Notes: a model not told the origin generated them from the letters alone. A stretch of DNA of 31,043 nucleotides from Selaginella moellendorffii (GCF_000143415.4 NW_003314293.1:1104381-1135423), one strand, 5' to 3'. Shown: positions 9,476-21,759, counted from the first letter of the stretch. Translations and numbers: made by a program.

Positions 9476-10443
9476 TGCTAGAGGTTGAGAAGATTATTGC
9501 TCGTGCGCCAGTTTCTCATATCAACTAGGCAATTCGAAGAGTCAGTGCCAAGAGTAATGCATGTTGCTCTGGAATGATTAGGAGTCGAGATCAGTGTCTT
9601 GCATTTGTGCGCTCAGGTTCAAGTTCTTTAGTAGTGCCATGTTTCTGGGGCTGTCAAGATCTAGGGGTAAAGGGCCGCCAATCAAGTTGGATTTACTGTT
9701 GTGGGACTGATGTTACTCATAAAAACTGGATCCACAACTCAATTATCTCGAAGCCAGATTCTGTGCCAGAGGAGTGGCCAGTTGAGCGAAGCTATAATCT
9801 TTTGAAAGAAGAGATTGAAAGTCTGGAGAAAGCTGGTTTCAAGCTGAAGATTTCCTCAAATGTTGCTATTGATACTGTTATGCCACTAATGTCAACACTA
9901 GATCAGCATACATGACCAGCTAGAAATGGGAAGGCTGTACAATATAGGTCTTCCAGTTCAAAAGGTGCACAAGAGAAGATCAAGCTGGCAAAGGCGTTGA
10001 AATGCACAATCACAAGGATAAACTACATCAGTGCCATGGCTAAGGAGTTTGTTGTTGTGACTAAGTTGTCAAAAGGTATGAGCTACACTATCAAAATCTG
10101 CGAAAATCCATCTTGTACCTATCCAGATTTTACACAGAGGGAGAACAGGGGAAAGGTATATTTAGCCTACAAGCACATCTATTACATTTTTAAAACCAAG
10201 ATCCTAAAGTTGACCATCACATCCATCAAGCAAGCTTTACAATTGCAGAGCTTGAGAAGTGTTTCTAGATCACTTTTGTTGTTTGGATCTATATTTATAT
10301 TTATATTTTATTGATCGAATTTACTTGGAAATATAAATTAAATCAAAATTTGAAAAAAGAAAAGATGTTGGTTCAGGACGAACCAATGTTTTCCTTGTGT
10401 TTGAGAACTTGTGAGCTCATGAGCTCAAAACCTACCCGGGCTC
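9476..10443 (+). mobile_element. Truncated sister MULE copy: transposase 3' end (SWIM) plus TIR, inverted relative to 941-1838
   Basis: Reverse complement of 941-1838 with substitutions and indels (ORFs 9574-9915 and 9997-10314 mirror ORF 1120-1707; SWIM CENPSCTYPDF..AYKH). Ends GAGCTCAAAACCTACCCGGGCTC at 10443. Confidence 0.9.
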
Positions 10444-10659
10444 CTAAAGGGTTGGGACTCAAATCCAACTTCCATAAATGACATCTACAGATTCGACATC
10501 CCTATAGAGAGTTAGGTTAAGTTGACTACACTTGGTCAACTTAGCTAACCCATTCTAATTAGCTTACCTTCAGTGCACCTTCGGGTCCCAATATATGACA
10601 TTGTTAAATTTCACAAATGGATGCTTTAATTGAATTTTGCATAAGTAAATAGAGTTTTA

Positions 10660-12920
10660 TTTTGCAAAAATTCCTCCACTAAATCTCATGCGTTTGCTAG
10701 GTTCTCCTTTGATTCCCATGTTACTTTGCAATGTGGAAATCCTTTTCACTTCACATGAAAATCCCTCACCTCGTGTCTTTGTTTCTTGCTCTTACGCATA
10801 TTAAGGATGGCCTTGACTTCATATTCCTCTTTCCCTTGGATAACCTTGGGTAAATGTTTTACTTAGTCCTTGCAAAATGGATCCTTAAAATATGGCTTAA
10901 GTAAGTTCATATGGAACATAGGGTGCATCTTCCCCATCTCCCAAGGAAGTTAAAGGTAGTAAACCACTTTACCAATTCAAGCCTCAATCTTATAAGGCCC
11001 CATGAATTTGCTTAAGGAACTCAAGATCAATTCATTTCCAGGAATGCATTTTATCTTCAACTGGTCAACTTCTGACTGATCCCACTTGATAACCTTAGGT
11101 TATTGGTGTTCAGCCACATCTTGTCCCCAGGTTGGAACTCTACGTTGGCCGGACTGATTATATGATCACTCACTAGCCAATCCTCAAATAAAGAGGTTAT
11201 GCTGCTCTTGCTCATAATCACCATTCATAGTTCAAAGGTGGCAGACACCATAAGATGTACATCCTTTGCTAGAGTACCATGCTGAAGACTCTGAGACCAA
11301 GCTGCAACTGAGGGGAGATCCTCCATATAAAGTCCACGCTTGAAAAGAAATGATATCGTTGGAAAAGCCTCCACTTGGAAGATTGACAACTCTTGAAGTT
11401 GGCCATCACTCTAATCAAACTAAGTGCTTGTTGTGATGATAGTGTTGCACTTGAACAAATTGAACTTGGACTATGATGGATCTTTGATCAACTCAAGGAA
11501 GATGACTGTCAGCGAGTGGGGAAAGTGTGTTGAGGAAGAGAATATTGGCTTGGAGGATATCAATTGGATCTGAGACAGGCCTGGAGGCTGTCCTTGAAGC
11601 TTTCCCAACAAAGAGTGTCCACAGGCATTATAGAGACAAGAAGTCTGTTGACCATTACTAATCTCCATCATGTTGATGACTAGTTTGTGATGTCTCGAAC
11701 CTGATCATGCCAAACTTGTCCAAGGATTTGGGAGTCCTTCCAAGGTGTGGAGCTGAAATTCTGGTAGAAGAGATTCCACCCTATTGATGTAAACTCAAAC
11801 ACTGCAGCAAATGCTTGCAAGGACAATAGTGTGGTTCACAAACATCTTCAAGATTAGAGTTATGCTTCCAGAGACCTAAATACCTACTCTTGTGGCTGCA
11901 TCCAAAGAGATCACATTGCTCCCAGATCTGGAATTGACGAGAACGTTGATGATGGGAGAACCATTGCCAAAGTCTACGGGTGCAAACAATGCACCTGGAT
12001 TAGAAGAGGAGGCTATGTCAATGATGTGCACATCTTGTGGGAGAGAGGCCATGGCTCTAGTAGACCTCACAAAGTCCTCCAGACGCTGTCCAAAGTTAGG
12101 AATTATGCATAAAAGCTTGCACAACGAAAAGGTGACAAACGTCTCCATCAACTATTAAAGTGCACTCTCAGGGACTTGGGAACTGCTAGAAAAATGTAGA
12201 GGATATCCAGGAAGGAGAGATGTGAATGGGAGCTTGTTTTGGTGCTGGATCAGTGGTTGCCAAAGGAGATGGATTATCATCAATTTCATTTTGAGCGGCT
12301 TTCTTCTTTTGTGCTCTTGTGGCCATCAATCAGCTCAGTGACAGCCAGGTTTAGGAGTTCTTCTAGGATTTCTCTCATCAGTCGATACGACACTTGACAG
12401 TCTCTACTGTCTAGTGCACTCTTAGATTGCAGATGATACAATCTGCATTTGGATCACGTTGAGGGACTCCATCCTGTTGCACCATTAGAGTTTTGCTAAT
12501 GAAGCTTCTCCACAAGCTTCACTCCTGCAACTTCAACTCAAAATATTTTCTGATTCACATGTCTAATCTTCTTGATCTCAGGCTCGTTGGAAGCCCTCAC
12601 TAAGCTCTTCAACCTTCCTGAAATCTTCATCTCTGAAATTCTCACTGCATGCAAGATAATTGATGAAAACTTCTCAGCTCCAAAACCACTTGAACTTCAT
12701 CAACTTCAGCTGCATGCTACTTCACTTCCTTTTGCACTTCCTCCAACTCACAAACCACAGAAATCTCTGAAAAACAAGGGAAAAATGCAAAGTGAGTCAA
12801 CCTGCTTAGTTGACAAGAACCATAACCCCTGGATACATGGACCAAGGGTAGTGGAGCAGAATTTGAGTTTTAGGGCCTTAAGCCATTGAATGAAGGGACA
12901 AAGTTAGACTCCCATACCAA
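10660..12920 (-). mobile_element. Decayed, internally deleted Ty3/gypsy chromovirus (protease ... integrase C-terminus + chromodomain)
   Basis: PBS-like TGGTATGGGAG at ~12919-12909; aspartic-protease-like INVLVNSRSGSNVIS (~11906-11950); integrase tail VEFQPGDKMWLNT..FMGPYKI...MHPMFHMNLLKPY (~10890-11145); chromodomain EEYEVKAILN..FHVK*KGFP..VTWESKENL (~10670-10830). No RT, RNase H or integrase core motifs seen in between. Confidence 0.8.
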
Positions 12921-13217
12921 GAAGTGAAGGAACTTGAGCACATAATAACTATCAACTATACAACTCGAGTAAAAGGACAAGAGTATGGTATGACATTGGA
13001 ACACTCATAGGAGCATCCAGCAACCTAATGCTAAGACCAATATGTAAAACAGAGCTAAATGGAATTTGATGCAATTTTAGTATACTAATGGTCTAACATG
13101 AAAATATAGGTACTCCACTAGCTAATATAGTATTAAACTTGGGCTTAGACTTAAACCGGACATAAAACAAGGACAAACAAGCAAATAAAAAGTTATATTA
13201 TGCCTCAAGTTAGTTGG

Positions 13218-14777
13218 TGTGAGACACAAATCCGAGAGCCCCAAAGTGCAGCCAAAAGGGTACTTCGTGGTAATGACTGAAGCAGAAGCTAAAAAAGTGT
13301 AACATGTTTGGACTAAGCTCCAATTTGAAAAGTCGAGAGTGAGAGTGGAACTCCCAATGAAGTACTCAAAGAACGAGCATAAAGCGAGCAATAAATGAAT
13401 GAGTCTTAAAAAAGGGACACAAGAAGGACTGACATATGGCAAGTGTCATAACACATAGAAGTGTTAGGAATGAGTCCAAGAAGGAGTTCAAGATAGAGTC
13501 CGAGATGGAGTCCAAGAAGGAGTCCGAGAAGGAGTGTGAAATAGAGTCCAAGATGGAGTTCGAGATGGAGTCCAAGATGGAGTCTGAGATGGACCCGAGA
13601 TAGAGTCCGAGATGGAGTCCGAGAAGGACCTGAGATGGAGTCCAAGGTCAAAACCAAGACCGAGACCAAGACTGAGATCGAGACCGAGACTGAGATCGAG
13701 ACTAAGACCGAGACCGAGTTCGAGTCCGAGTTCAAATTCGAGTCCGAGTCCAAGTTCAAGTTTGAGTGCAAGTCTGAGTCTAAGTCTGAGTCTGAGTCCG
13801 AGGGTGAAAGCCCAAAGCGTTCATCTCCCAGACCCTGAGGGGTTTGGTGAGCTCCAAAAGTATAGTAGGGGGAGGACTCCAGTGGAGCTAGTTTGGTCAG
13901 GAAAGGCCAGTGTGACCAAGGAAGGCTATACTCATGTAGTGGGTAATGATATAACCACTGAGGAGTTCAAGGCTAGAGTGAACATGGATGGACAAGTGGG
14001 GTAACTTAGTGAAGTGTTCACCAGCTGGCTCTAGCTCCCCCAAGAGATCGAATAGTTGATGCACTCAATACAAGTGTGGGTGGCACTACCTACTTGGATA
14101 CCTGGTGTGGCTCATTAGAACCTCGCTCTACCCACATTGCTAAGGGACAATAAGCGGAAGGTGGGGAGAGTACCCACGAGGCTCGTGTAGGGCCACGATG
14201 TTTCAAAATAGCATTCCAAAGTCCCGAACTGAGGAAAGGAAGAGGAGTAAACCTTTTGTGTAGTGGTTAAAAATATGGTCACATGGTGAGGAAGTCCCAA
14301 AGGTCACTAGGACTTTGTGGTCAGGCCTTCAGGCCTTGACCTAGTAGTAGTGTTGGTGAGCATGGTTGTAGATAGGGACTTGGTGGGAACTGAAGAAAGG
14401 ACATTGAGGAAGGATGTTCCCCATGTCTTCAAGCATCCTAAGGATGTTAAGGTGTGGTCATAGGATGACCACTCTTGCATAAATGGCCCAATCTGTGATG
14501 TAAATGGTCTTGGACCATTGGTGTGACAAAGTTGAATGGGTATAGCCTTAGTGTAACAGGTTGATATGTCGACGGTACTTTTGGGTGTTGGTTACAAGGT
14601 TGAATACATGGAGTACTTGGACTAAGTGCAAAGGCTGAGTGGCATAAATGCCATTCTCGGGGCTAGTATGTCCCCAAGTTGTGAATTAGACTTATGGAGA
14701 TCATTAGTGAAACTCCTCCATGTAGTCAAAGGTATGATTAAGTGATTAAAGTAGAATGGAAAATTTAATTGTTTACA
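13218..14777. mobile_element. Old solo-LTR-like element (same family as 26251-28144, opposite orientation)
   Basis: Starts TGTGAGACAC and ends GTTTACA, flanked by GTTGG (13213-13217) / GTCGG (14778-14782), a 5-bp TSD with one CpG transition. Colinear with the reverse complement of 26251-28144, including a decayed GAGTCC/GATGGAGTCCGA repeat at ~13470-13800. Confidence 0.85.
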
Positions 14778-17700
14778 GTCGGCCATGTTTGACCTACCCA
14801 CTATCCCTACTATATATTTGGAACCCCTTCCAACCCCCCTAGAGGAACACATACTTTGGGTTTTCACCCCAGTCCCAGGAGTTACTTTTTAGGACAATCA
14901 TAAAACTTTATTAAATATAGAATGGTGTTAGATTGTGAATTTGGATATGGGAAGAACACCATTGTATTCAAGACAATTTCTACATTTTGTAGATATGCCT
15001 CACTAGCAAATTTAAACATTTTCTATAAATTGTCAATAGGACCGAATGGAATAAATACATGAAGATCTTAACCCCAAAAGCTCATTAGAGAACTGGATGG
15101 AAATTGTCTAGTTGAAGGAGTGATTTTGGAATATGCAGAGTATATAGTAGAAATCATACTCATATTTTTGAGTATATAGTAGAAATCTTTTGTTTGTTTC
15201 ATAATATAAATCTATTTTTTCTTCCTTCTTTTTCTATTTTGTGGGAATGTAAATATAATATAGTGGTTTTCACTTTATACTCTATGGTAACATATCATAG
15301 GATAACCACAAATTGAAACCCAATCCTTAGACATATGTGCTAAAGGGAATAGAGTAGGATGGGCCACTAAAAAACTCTATATATTGCAAAACTTTTAACT
15401 AATTAAAAAAAACAGTGCACTTTTGTTTATAAGCCTTATCCCTTTATATTTTAACTTAAATATACTAGATTTTTCATTTGTTTGTAGCAATTGTCTTGGC
15501 CTATTCAAAATCATATATTAAAGTCTTGTTTCCAAGATCTTTACCACCTTATGCTTGATAGTTCAATTATTGTCATTCAAGTGTAGAGATTTAAACAAGT
15601 TGATTTTGAAATTCTCCATTGGCAACATTCTCATAAGGCATCATGAGTGAGAAAAGCTTGGTTATAAATTTGGCACCTTTGAGGATGCATGCTATTACAA
15701 CCATGACTTGAGAATAATCTAAAAAAACATATAGTAAAGGTTATTTAGTAAATTTTTTTTTTTTTTTGAGACTCTTATGGTACAAAAGGAGGATTTTATA
15801 TTGCCTAAAGGTATTTAGTTACAATTGCTATTATAACAAAATTCCATTGTCCTTAGAGATTGAAGAGGATTCTAATTGCTTAAGTGTAGCTACTTTATTT
15901 GCCTCTACTTTTTTCTTCATCTTTTTATTCTATTTTTCTAATTTGTGAATTTCTTTTCACAAATTCTCAATCTCAATATCTTAAGCTATATGTTGTGGTA
16001 TAGCATCTAGCCCAAGCTCTTCCTCTTTTCACTCAGCCTTAGCCTCTTTTATAGCATAGAGTTTCCTCTTCTTGATTTATTATTGATTTATTATAAATTG
16101 ATTTATTTAAACTAGATGTTTTAGTGTTTCAGCATAATTTTGTTTTGCCATCTCATCAGTTATATACATACCTCTATCAATAAATAAACATGCATACAAC
16201 ATTCTTAACAAATAGTGCAATCTAACTAATCATATATAGATCAATTTGGATCTTTGAAAATCTTTGTGTATGCAATTGGATTGGAACCACTAAGACAATT
16301 CCTTTAATACTAAATATAGTGCAATATTGTAGCACATATGATCATAGGATGAGATTTGGATATACTGTCATTGTGAATCTTTGGAACGTTAGGGGATATA
16401 TGGGGATAAAATAGCCACTAAAGGCTCTCTCATCGAGCAATTGCCCCTTTTCCAGTTAGTTTAAGGGGAGAGAGATAAAGTGCGTTACATGTGGTATTGG
16501 AGCAAATGGCATGGGTTCGATTCCTATTAATTAGTGGTTACTTAAAAATATAATATACCCTTGAGCAAGGTATATTCCTACCCCTAAATTTGAAATCGTA
16601 CGTATACCCTTGAGCAAGGTATATTCCTACCCCTAAATTTGAAATCGTACGTATTGAGCATCCATGCATACGTCTTTCCTTTTGTTTGTGTGGAGTATCC
16701 ACGGATGAAGGTATCCATCGTGGGATTGTAGTATGAGTGGATGGCTAGTTGCCTCACATGGAATAGCTATCCACCGTGGGACTATAGTACGAGTGGATGA
16801 TTAGTTGCCTCACATGGAATAGCTGGTTTATACAATGAAAGAATTAGTAAATTGAATGCGGAAATGGAGGTGCTAGTTTCAGTAGGGGTTGCTAGTCAAT
16901 AGTCAATGAGGATATTGACATCTCTAAAGGGGGGGTAAGAGTAGTGCATGTGATTATGAAATGAGATTTAGATATACTGTCACCGTAGATCCTTGAACCC
17001 TTAGGGGATAAATGGGGATAAAATAGCCACTAAGGGCTCTCTCATTAAGCAATTGCCCCTTTTCCAGTTGGCTTAAGGGGAGAGAGATAAGGTGCGCTAC
17101 AAATATGCTTTGATTTCAACTCTAAATTCATATGTACTATAAAACAAAGGTTTAGTATACACTTAAAATCCCTTGTAAGCACTAGCTCTCTATATCCAAC
17201 TTTTGTATGCAAAACAGTGTCAAAAAGTGTTTGACACAATTTTGGCATACTGACAGTCTAAGGTAGGTACCCCATTGACTAGAGCAACATGGAACTTAGG
17301 CTTAAACCTAAATAAGACGCAGAATAAAACTTTGTATGAGCCAAATTAATGTTTTAAATGGTTGGTTATATTTACAACTATATACATTTGGAACCACACT
17401 TACAACTAAGTTAAGTATATTGCTTACAAACTAGTCTATTTGTTATAGCAAACCCAAAGGAGGTTGTTTATTACCCATAGTAATATAGTAATAACTCATA
17501 GTAACTATTGATAGGCTAATATTGTGAACTTAAAGTGTAACTTTAAGTTTCAACCATAAGTTAATATATTAATTAGAAGTAATAGATTCCAAAATAATCC
17601 TTGAATTTTTAAAAACGAATTTTATTATTTACATTTACTATATAATTTTTGTGACTGGCCATTCCACTCAGGTATTTCTGAGTGTACAAATGGTACATTT

Positions 17701-17842
17701 TGAAATCCATCTCATATGAGTCTAAGAAAAAAATTATACAATATGGCATAAATTAGTAACATACAATGCAATAGCAATAAAAAGTTACCTAATCTTACTA
17801 GATAATACTCAGCTAATTATCATAAAATAATCACAAAAGCAC
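14548..17842 (+). repeat. Segmental duplication, copy 1 (matches 25850-26250 + 28150-31043)
   Basis: Identical ORF pairs: 14622/25924 (offset 11302) and 15766/28967, 17045/30246 (offset 13201). The offset difference of 1899 equals the 1894-bp insertion plus 5-bp TSD. Only scattered SNPs. Confidence 0.97.
16328..17101 (+). mobile_element. TRIM (non-autonomous mini LTR retrotransposon)
   Basis: 162-bp direct repeats 16328-16489 (TGTAG...TTACA) and 16940-17101. PBS-like TGGTATTGGAGC at 16492, PPT AAAGGGGGGG at ~16926-16935, perfect 5-bp TSD AATAT (16323-16327 / 17102-17106). Non-coding interior with 49-bp and ~56-bp tandem duplications. Confidence 0.9.
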
Positions 17843-18232
17843 ATACAAATGAAGTTTAATTTCAGCAACATATAATACTCCACCAATTAATATGTACCCA
17901 AACCAAAGTCTTGGGTTTAGACCAACCAGTGGGAACCCAAATAATTACACAAAACACAACAGTGAGAACCCAAGTAGTTACACAAAACATAACCAGTTGA
18001 CCATACCTCCAACTTACCCACCATCCTTACTATATATTTAGAAACTATAGCCTTTAATAAACTGATGGCATAACACAATCTTCAAGACACTAAAGAAAAA
18101 GAAAGCTTTTAACATAAACAATAAGAAATTAAAGACACCTTTGTCCAGCATGCCTGAAGGAGAAGAAGTGAAATCAATCAAGTTACTCTTTAACTTGTAA
18201 TAACACTAGATTACCTGTTTACAGTTGCCAGT

Positions 18233-20982
18233 TTATACATCCAACTCCATTCCTTCCTCATCACCCCAGTAGTCTTCCGGTTCAGTGAAGGCTACATCGA
18301 AATCTCTTTTCCTCCTAGGCCTGTCCATGAGAGAGTGATGCAAGTCCAATGCCAGCACTTTACCAACTGCACGTCCCAAGGAGTTGGGCTCTCCAACTTT
18401 CAAACCCTTGTACACGCCTAGAAATTTTACCAAACTGTCAAAACAAGTTAGCAACAATCACACTACACAGATGAAGACCACTTACTCCTGAGAAAACAAT
18501 TGTTTTGCGTTGCCAGCATGAATGATGATCTTGAGCTGGGGACCAACACCGCCTGCAGCAGGAATCACCTCAACAGCAGGAGGCATACGCTCCTTCTTGA
18601 AGACTGCTGGATACACTACCATCAACCTGATAATGCCGTTCTTCCACCAGCGGTTACCAACCTCCTCCTTGAACTCTGCCCTCAGTTTTGCTGCCTTGCG
18701 AGACCTGAATATGAACTCAGGGTTCGTCGTCGACACGCCCTGCTCGAACTTCTTCTTGTCAAGAAAGTTCAGGAGTCTGAACTGTGCAAAGAGGATCAGC
18801 TCCTTGTTGTCTTCCGTCTTCAGTGGGATCACCAGATCTGGACCTGCTAGGAATTCCGGGTGGAGAACCTTTGCTGTTCCCACCCCACCAGCGAGGTAGC
18901 TCGTCATTCCCTTGGTACTACACACCAGTCGAAGGCTGTCTGCTGACCACAACCTCAGCTGCTGGCAGAAGATGTCTGGTAAAGCAGTCGCGCCCTCAAA
19001 GATAGGATGATTACTGAACTTGCCAGCCGAAAGAAAACTGCAAAGAGCATCTGCTGCAGCTATCTCGAGGTTGAATCCTGCCGATGGTGAATTGAGACGA
19101 TTCATTATGTGAAGAAGGGCGTTGTCCTCACGGAAATAGTACTCAAGCGCTTCCAACACGAGTGGTTCCTCGATCGTTCCTTCCAGCCCGAACTCTCCCT
19201 TATCCACATCAACAGCATCCAAATAAGCTAGCCCATGGTGAATCAGCTCGACTTCCTCTTTCCTGGTGCAGTAGTACTTTCCAACATATTGGATTGTCAG
19301 ACATATCATCCGGCACAATTGGATCAGCTCCACACCGTGAATCTGGACCTGGATGCGCTTCAAAACCGTGACGTAAGATCCTTCCCAGTCCTCCTTCGTG
19401 AGCATCGATCGGACACTCTTAAGCGACTCATTGAGAGAGCGTTGCTTTTCCAGAAAATCCTCAAGAACCAGAGCCAGTGGTCTGTATCTCCCTACGAACC
19501 TCTGGAGCAACTCTTCATCAACAGTGTCGTCGACAGCGACAAAATTCTTCATGTACTTGTACATGTCGCCCGTGTCTCGAAACTTGCCGAAGGAACAGAA
19601 AGCAGGACCCCGTAACAGCTGTTTGGCAATTGCCGGCGAGAAAACCTCCGTTTCCTTGTATCCGGCCAAACAAGTAGCCGAGAGCAGCAGCTTGGCAGTC
19701 ACACCTCTGGAAGGCCGGCTAAGTGCCTCATACACTTGATGGAACGAACTCCTCGTCCCAGTCCCTCCGCCAAAAGGCTTAAACTGATCTTTGTGCAACT
19801 CGAAGAGCGCCTGCGCTTCATCCAACACAACGACTACATCAGTAGCCATCCCTATAACCTGCTGCCACTGCTCATTGATCTCTTCCTCTAAGGTTTCCTG
19901 CCTTCTCACTACACCTAGAGCTTCCAACTTGACGAGCAAAGACCCCGTTAAATCCCTGCAAATATCCACCTGCACAAACTGACTTCCCAGAAGCTGGAGT
20001 AGCAACCATTCCCGTGCCGAGAACTTCACCTCAAGACAACGCTTAAGTAGAAATAACCGAGCTAAAACTGAAGCTCGTACTACCGACTGAGCTAGAGCAG
20101 CTCGAACGTCATATGCCACGCCTTCCAGAACCAAGCTGCGCAATAATGTTAAGTCCTCAAACCCAAAGTTACCCTGCATGTCAGCTACGAAGTAAAGCCC
20201 AATTCTCGAACAGAGAAGCTCCAGCAACGTCCTTGTTTTCCCTGAACCCGATGTGCCCACCACAGAAACCACCGGACCTTTACTGTCTAGCATCTTGCCC
20301 AGATCACCAGACTGCGTCAGAAAGCTTGTTCCCAAGCCCGCTAAAAGTAGGCTGGGCTTCCCCTTCACTGTGGGCACAGCTCCAAGCTGCTTGATAGACT
20401 CCCGGGCCTTTTGGATAAAAGCGTCTACGCGGGGGAGAGCCTCGATTAATACTTCACCAGCAGTTGGAATTTCTTGAGCTGCACAAGACAAAAGCACAAG
20501 CTTAGAACGGAGAAAAAAAAACGGCAGAAACAAAATGAGCATGCATGGTGGCGGGGAAAATCAGAAACTAAGAACACATACAATGGGTAAAATACAAAAT
20601 AATGGAAGTGCAACCTCGAGTCTAAAATGGGATTGCAACGCCTGGCTTTTGCGATCGGCAAAATGCAACGAAACAAAGACGCACACTTGGGGCTTTTGCG
20701 GCAGAGCTGTAGATGATGAGGAAAGCAGCTGGATTGGGGCAAGGCTAGTAGGAGTGAATAGATCGCGCATAGCGAAAAAGTACCATTAGATTTGAGCAGG
20801 AGAAGCTCCTTCTCCCGCAGCTGCTCCTCCTTCTCCCGCAGTTGCCACTTCGCCCCCCACAGACGCTTTCTCTCTTCAGGATCTTTCTCACACTTCAGTT
20901 GCTCTCCCAGCTCTTCGATTTCAGTGCCCACAGCCCGGATGGAACGCTCAAGCTCCTGAAGCGACGCGGAAGAGGACGCCAT
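18233..20982 (-). CDS. Crinkler/RHS (CR)-type protein: coiled-coil header + P-loop NTPase + PD-(D/E)xK-like nuclease, ~797 aa
   Basis: Exons 20982-20784, 20478-18486 and 18434-18233 splice in frame via GT-AG (2394 nt; a small extra exon in intron 1 is not excluded). Header QLREKEEQLREKELLLL; Walker A VVGTSGSGKT; Walker B VVVLDEAQ; GRYRP arginine motif; GFNLE..AGPDLVI..ILFAQFR nuclease-fold motifs. No stops in the spliced frame; CpGs retained. Confidence 0.85.
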
Positions 20983-21247
20983 CCTTAGCCGCCAACAGTT
21001 AGGTTAGAGGGTATTCAGCCGCCGCCCGGCACCCGCGTGGCACGATCGGGAGGAGGTTAGGGCTATGTTTAAGAAATTTATATTATGAAATTTATATTAT
21101 TGTTTTAAATTTATTTAAAACAATTAAATGAGAGTTAAAGATTATATTTTTTAAAGGAAAGTGTTGAGTTATCCATAATAAATTGAAGACGCTTGTTAAT
21201 TTTATTTATATATTCAAAAGTTTTTTTCATTTCATTTAAACATATAC

Positions 21248-21534
21248 TGTGAGTGCTCAGGATATAGAAATAAGTATATTAATTAGGGTTGAAACCCCTC
21301 CTTATATACAATATTGAATAGATTAGATAAAGTCATAAAATAATACTATAATTAGCATTGTGAGGTTTAAGTGTACAATTACGATGCCATGTATTAATAT
21401 TAGTATAGTGAAATTTTGATAGCCGTCAGATTGGTTTCAATTCGAACCACTTACTTCTGTATATAAGCTCGGGTTTTTGGGTTAATTGATATGCATATTT
21501 TCTATATTTCTTTTCCATATTCCATGCACTCACA
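21248..21534 (+). repeat. 5' LTR of Ty3/gypsy element (287 bp)
   Basis: TGTGAGTGC...GCACTCACA 9-bp terminal inverted repeats, a TATATAA box at ~21460, and an adjacent PBS. Confidence 0.8.
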
Positions 21535-21535
21535 T

Positions 21536-21546
21536 TGGTGGAGATG
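21536..21546 (+). other. Primer binding site, tRNA-Ala type
   Basis: TGGTGGAGATG, 1 nt after the LTR, is complementary to the ...CAUCUCCACCA 3' end of plant tRNA-Ala. Confidence 0.7.
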
Positions 21547-21759
21547 TAAGGCATTTTTTATTGTCCCTAAAGAGTGCTTAGATTTGGGATTTTGGTTTAA
21601 ATGTAACTTTTGCATTATTTAGATCTAATTTTTTCCATTTCCTTTTTTTTATTCTTTCCTTTCAGGATTTTAGTTTAGATTTAACTTTTGCATTGTTTAG
21701 ATCCCTTCTAGTTTCTTTTCACTTCTTTTCTTTTGCTCTTTCTTTTTCATTCATCTTCA

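Noticed and set aside
941-10443. Single element with 0.9-kb terminal inverted repeats
   Set aside because: No TSD flanks 941/10443, whereas 941/9123 has a TIR pair and a 9-bp TSD. The right arm is better explained as a separate truncated copy.
13366-14004. SR-rich / ES-rich ORFs
   Set aside because: Same repeat in the older LTR copy.
16505-16530. tRNA gene
   Set aside because: Only a T-loop-like 11-mer; no cloverleaf.
18500-20789. Plus-strand ORFs overlapping the CR gene
   Set aside because: Antisense shadows of a GC-rich coding sequence with no recognisable motifs.
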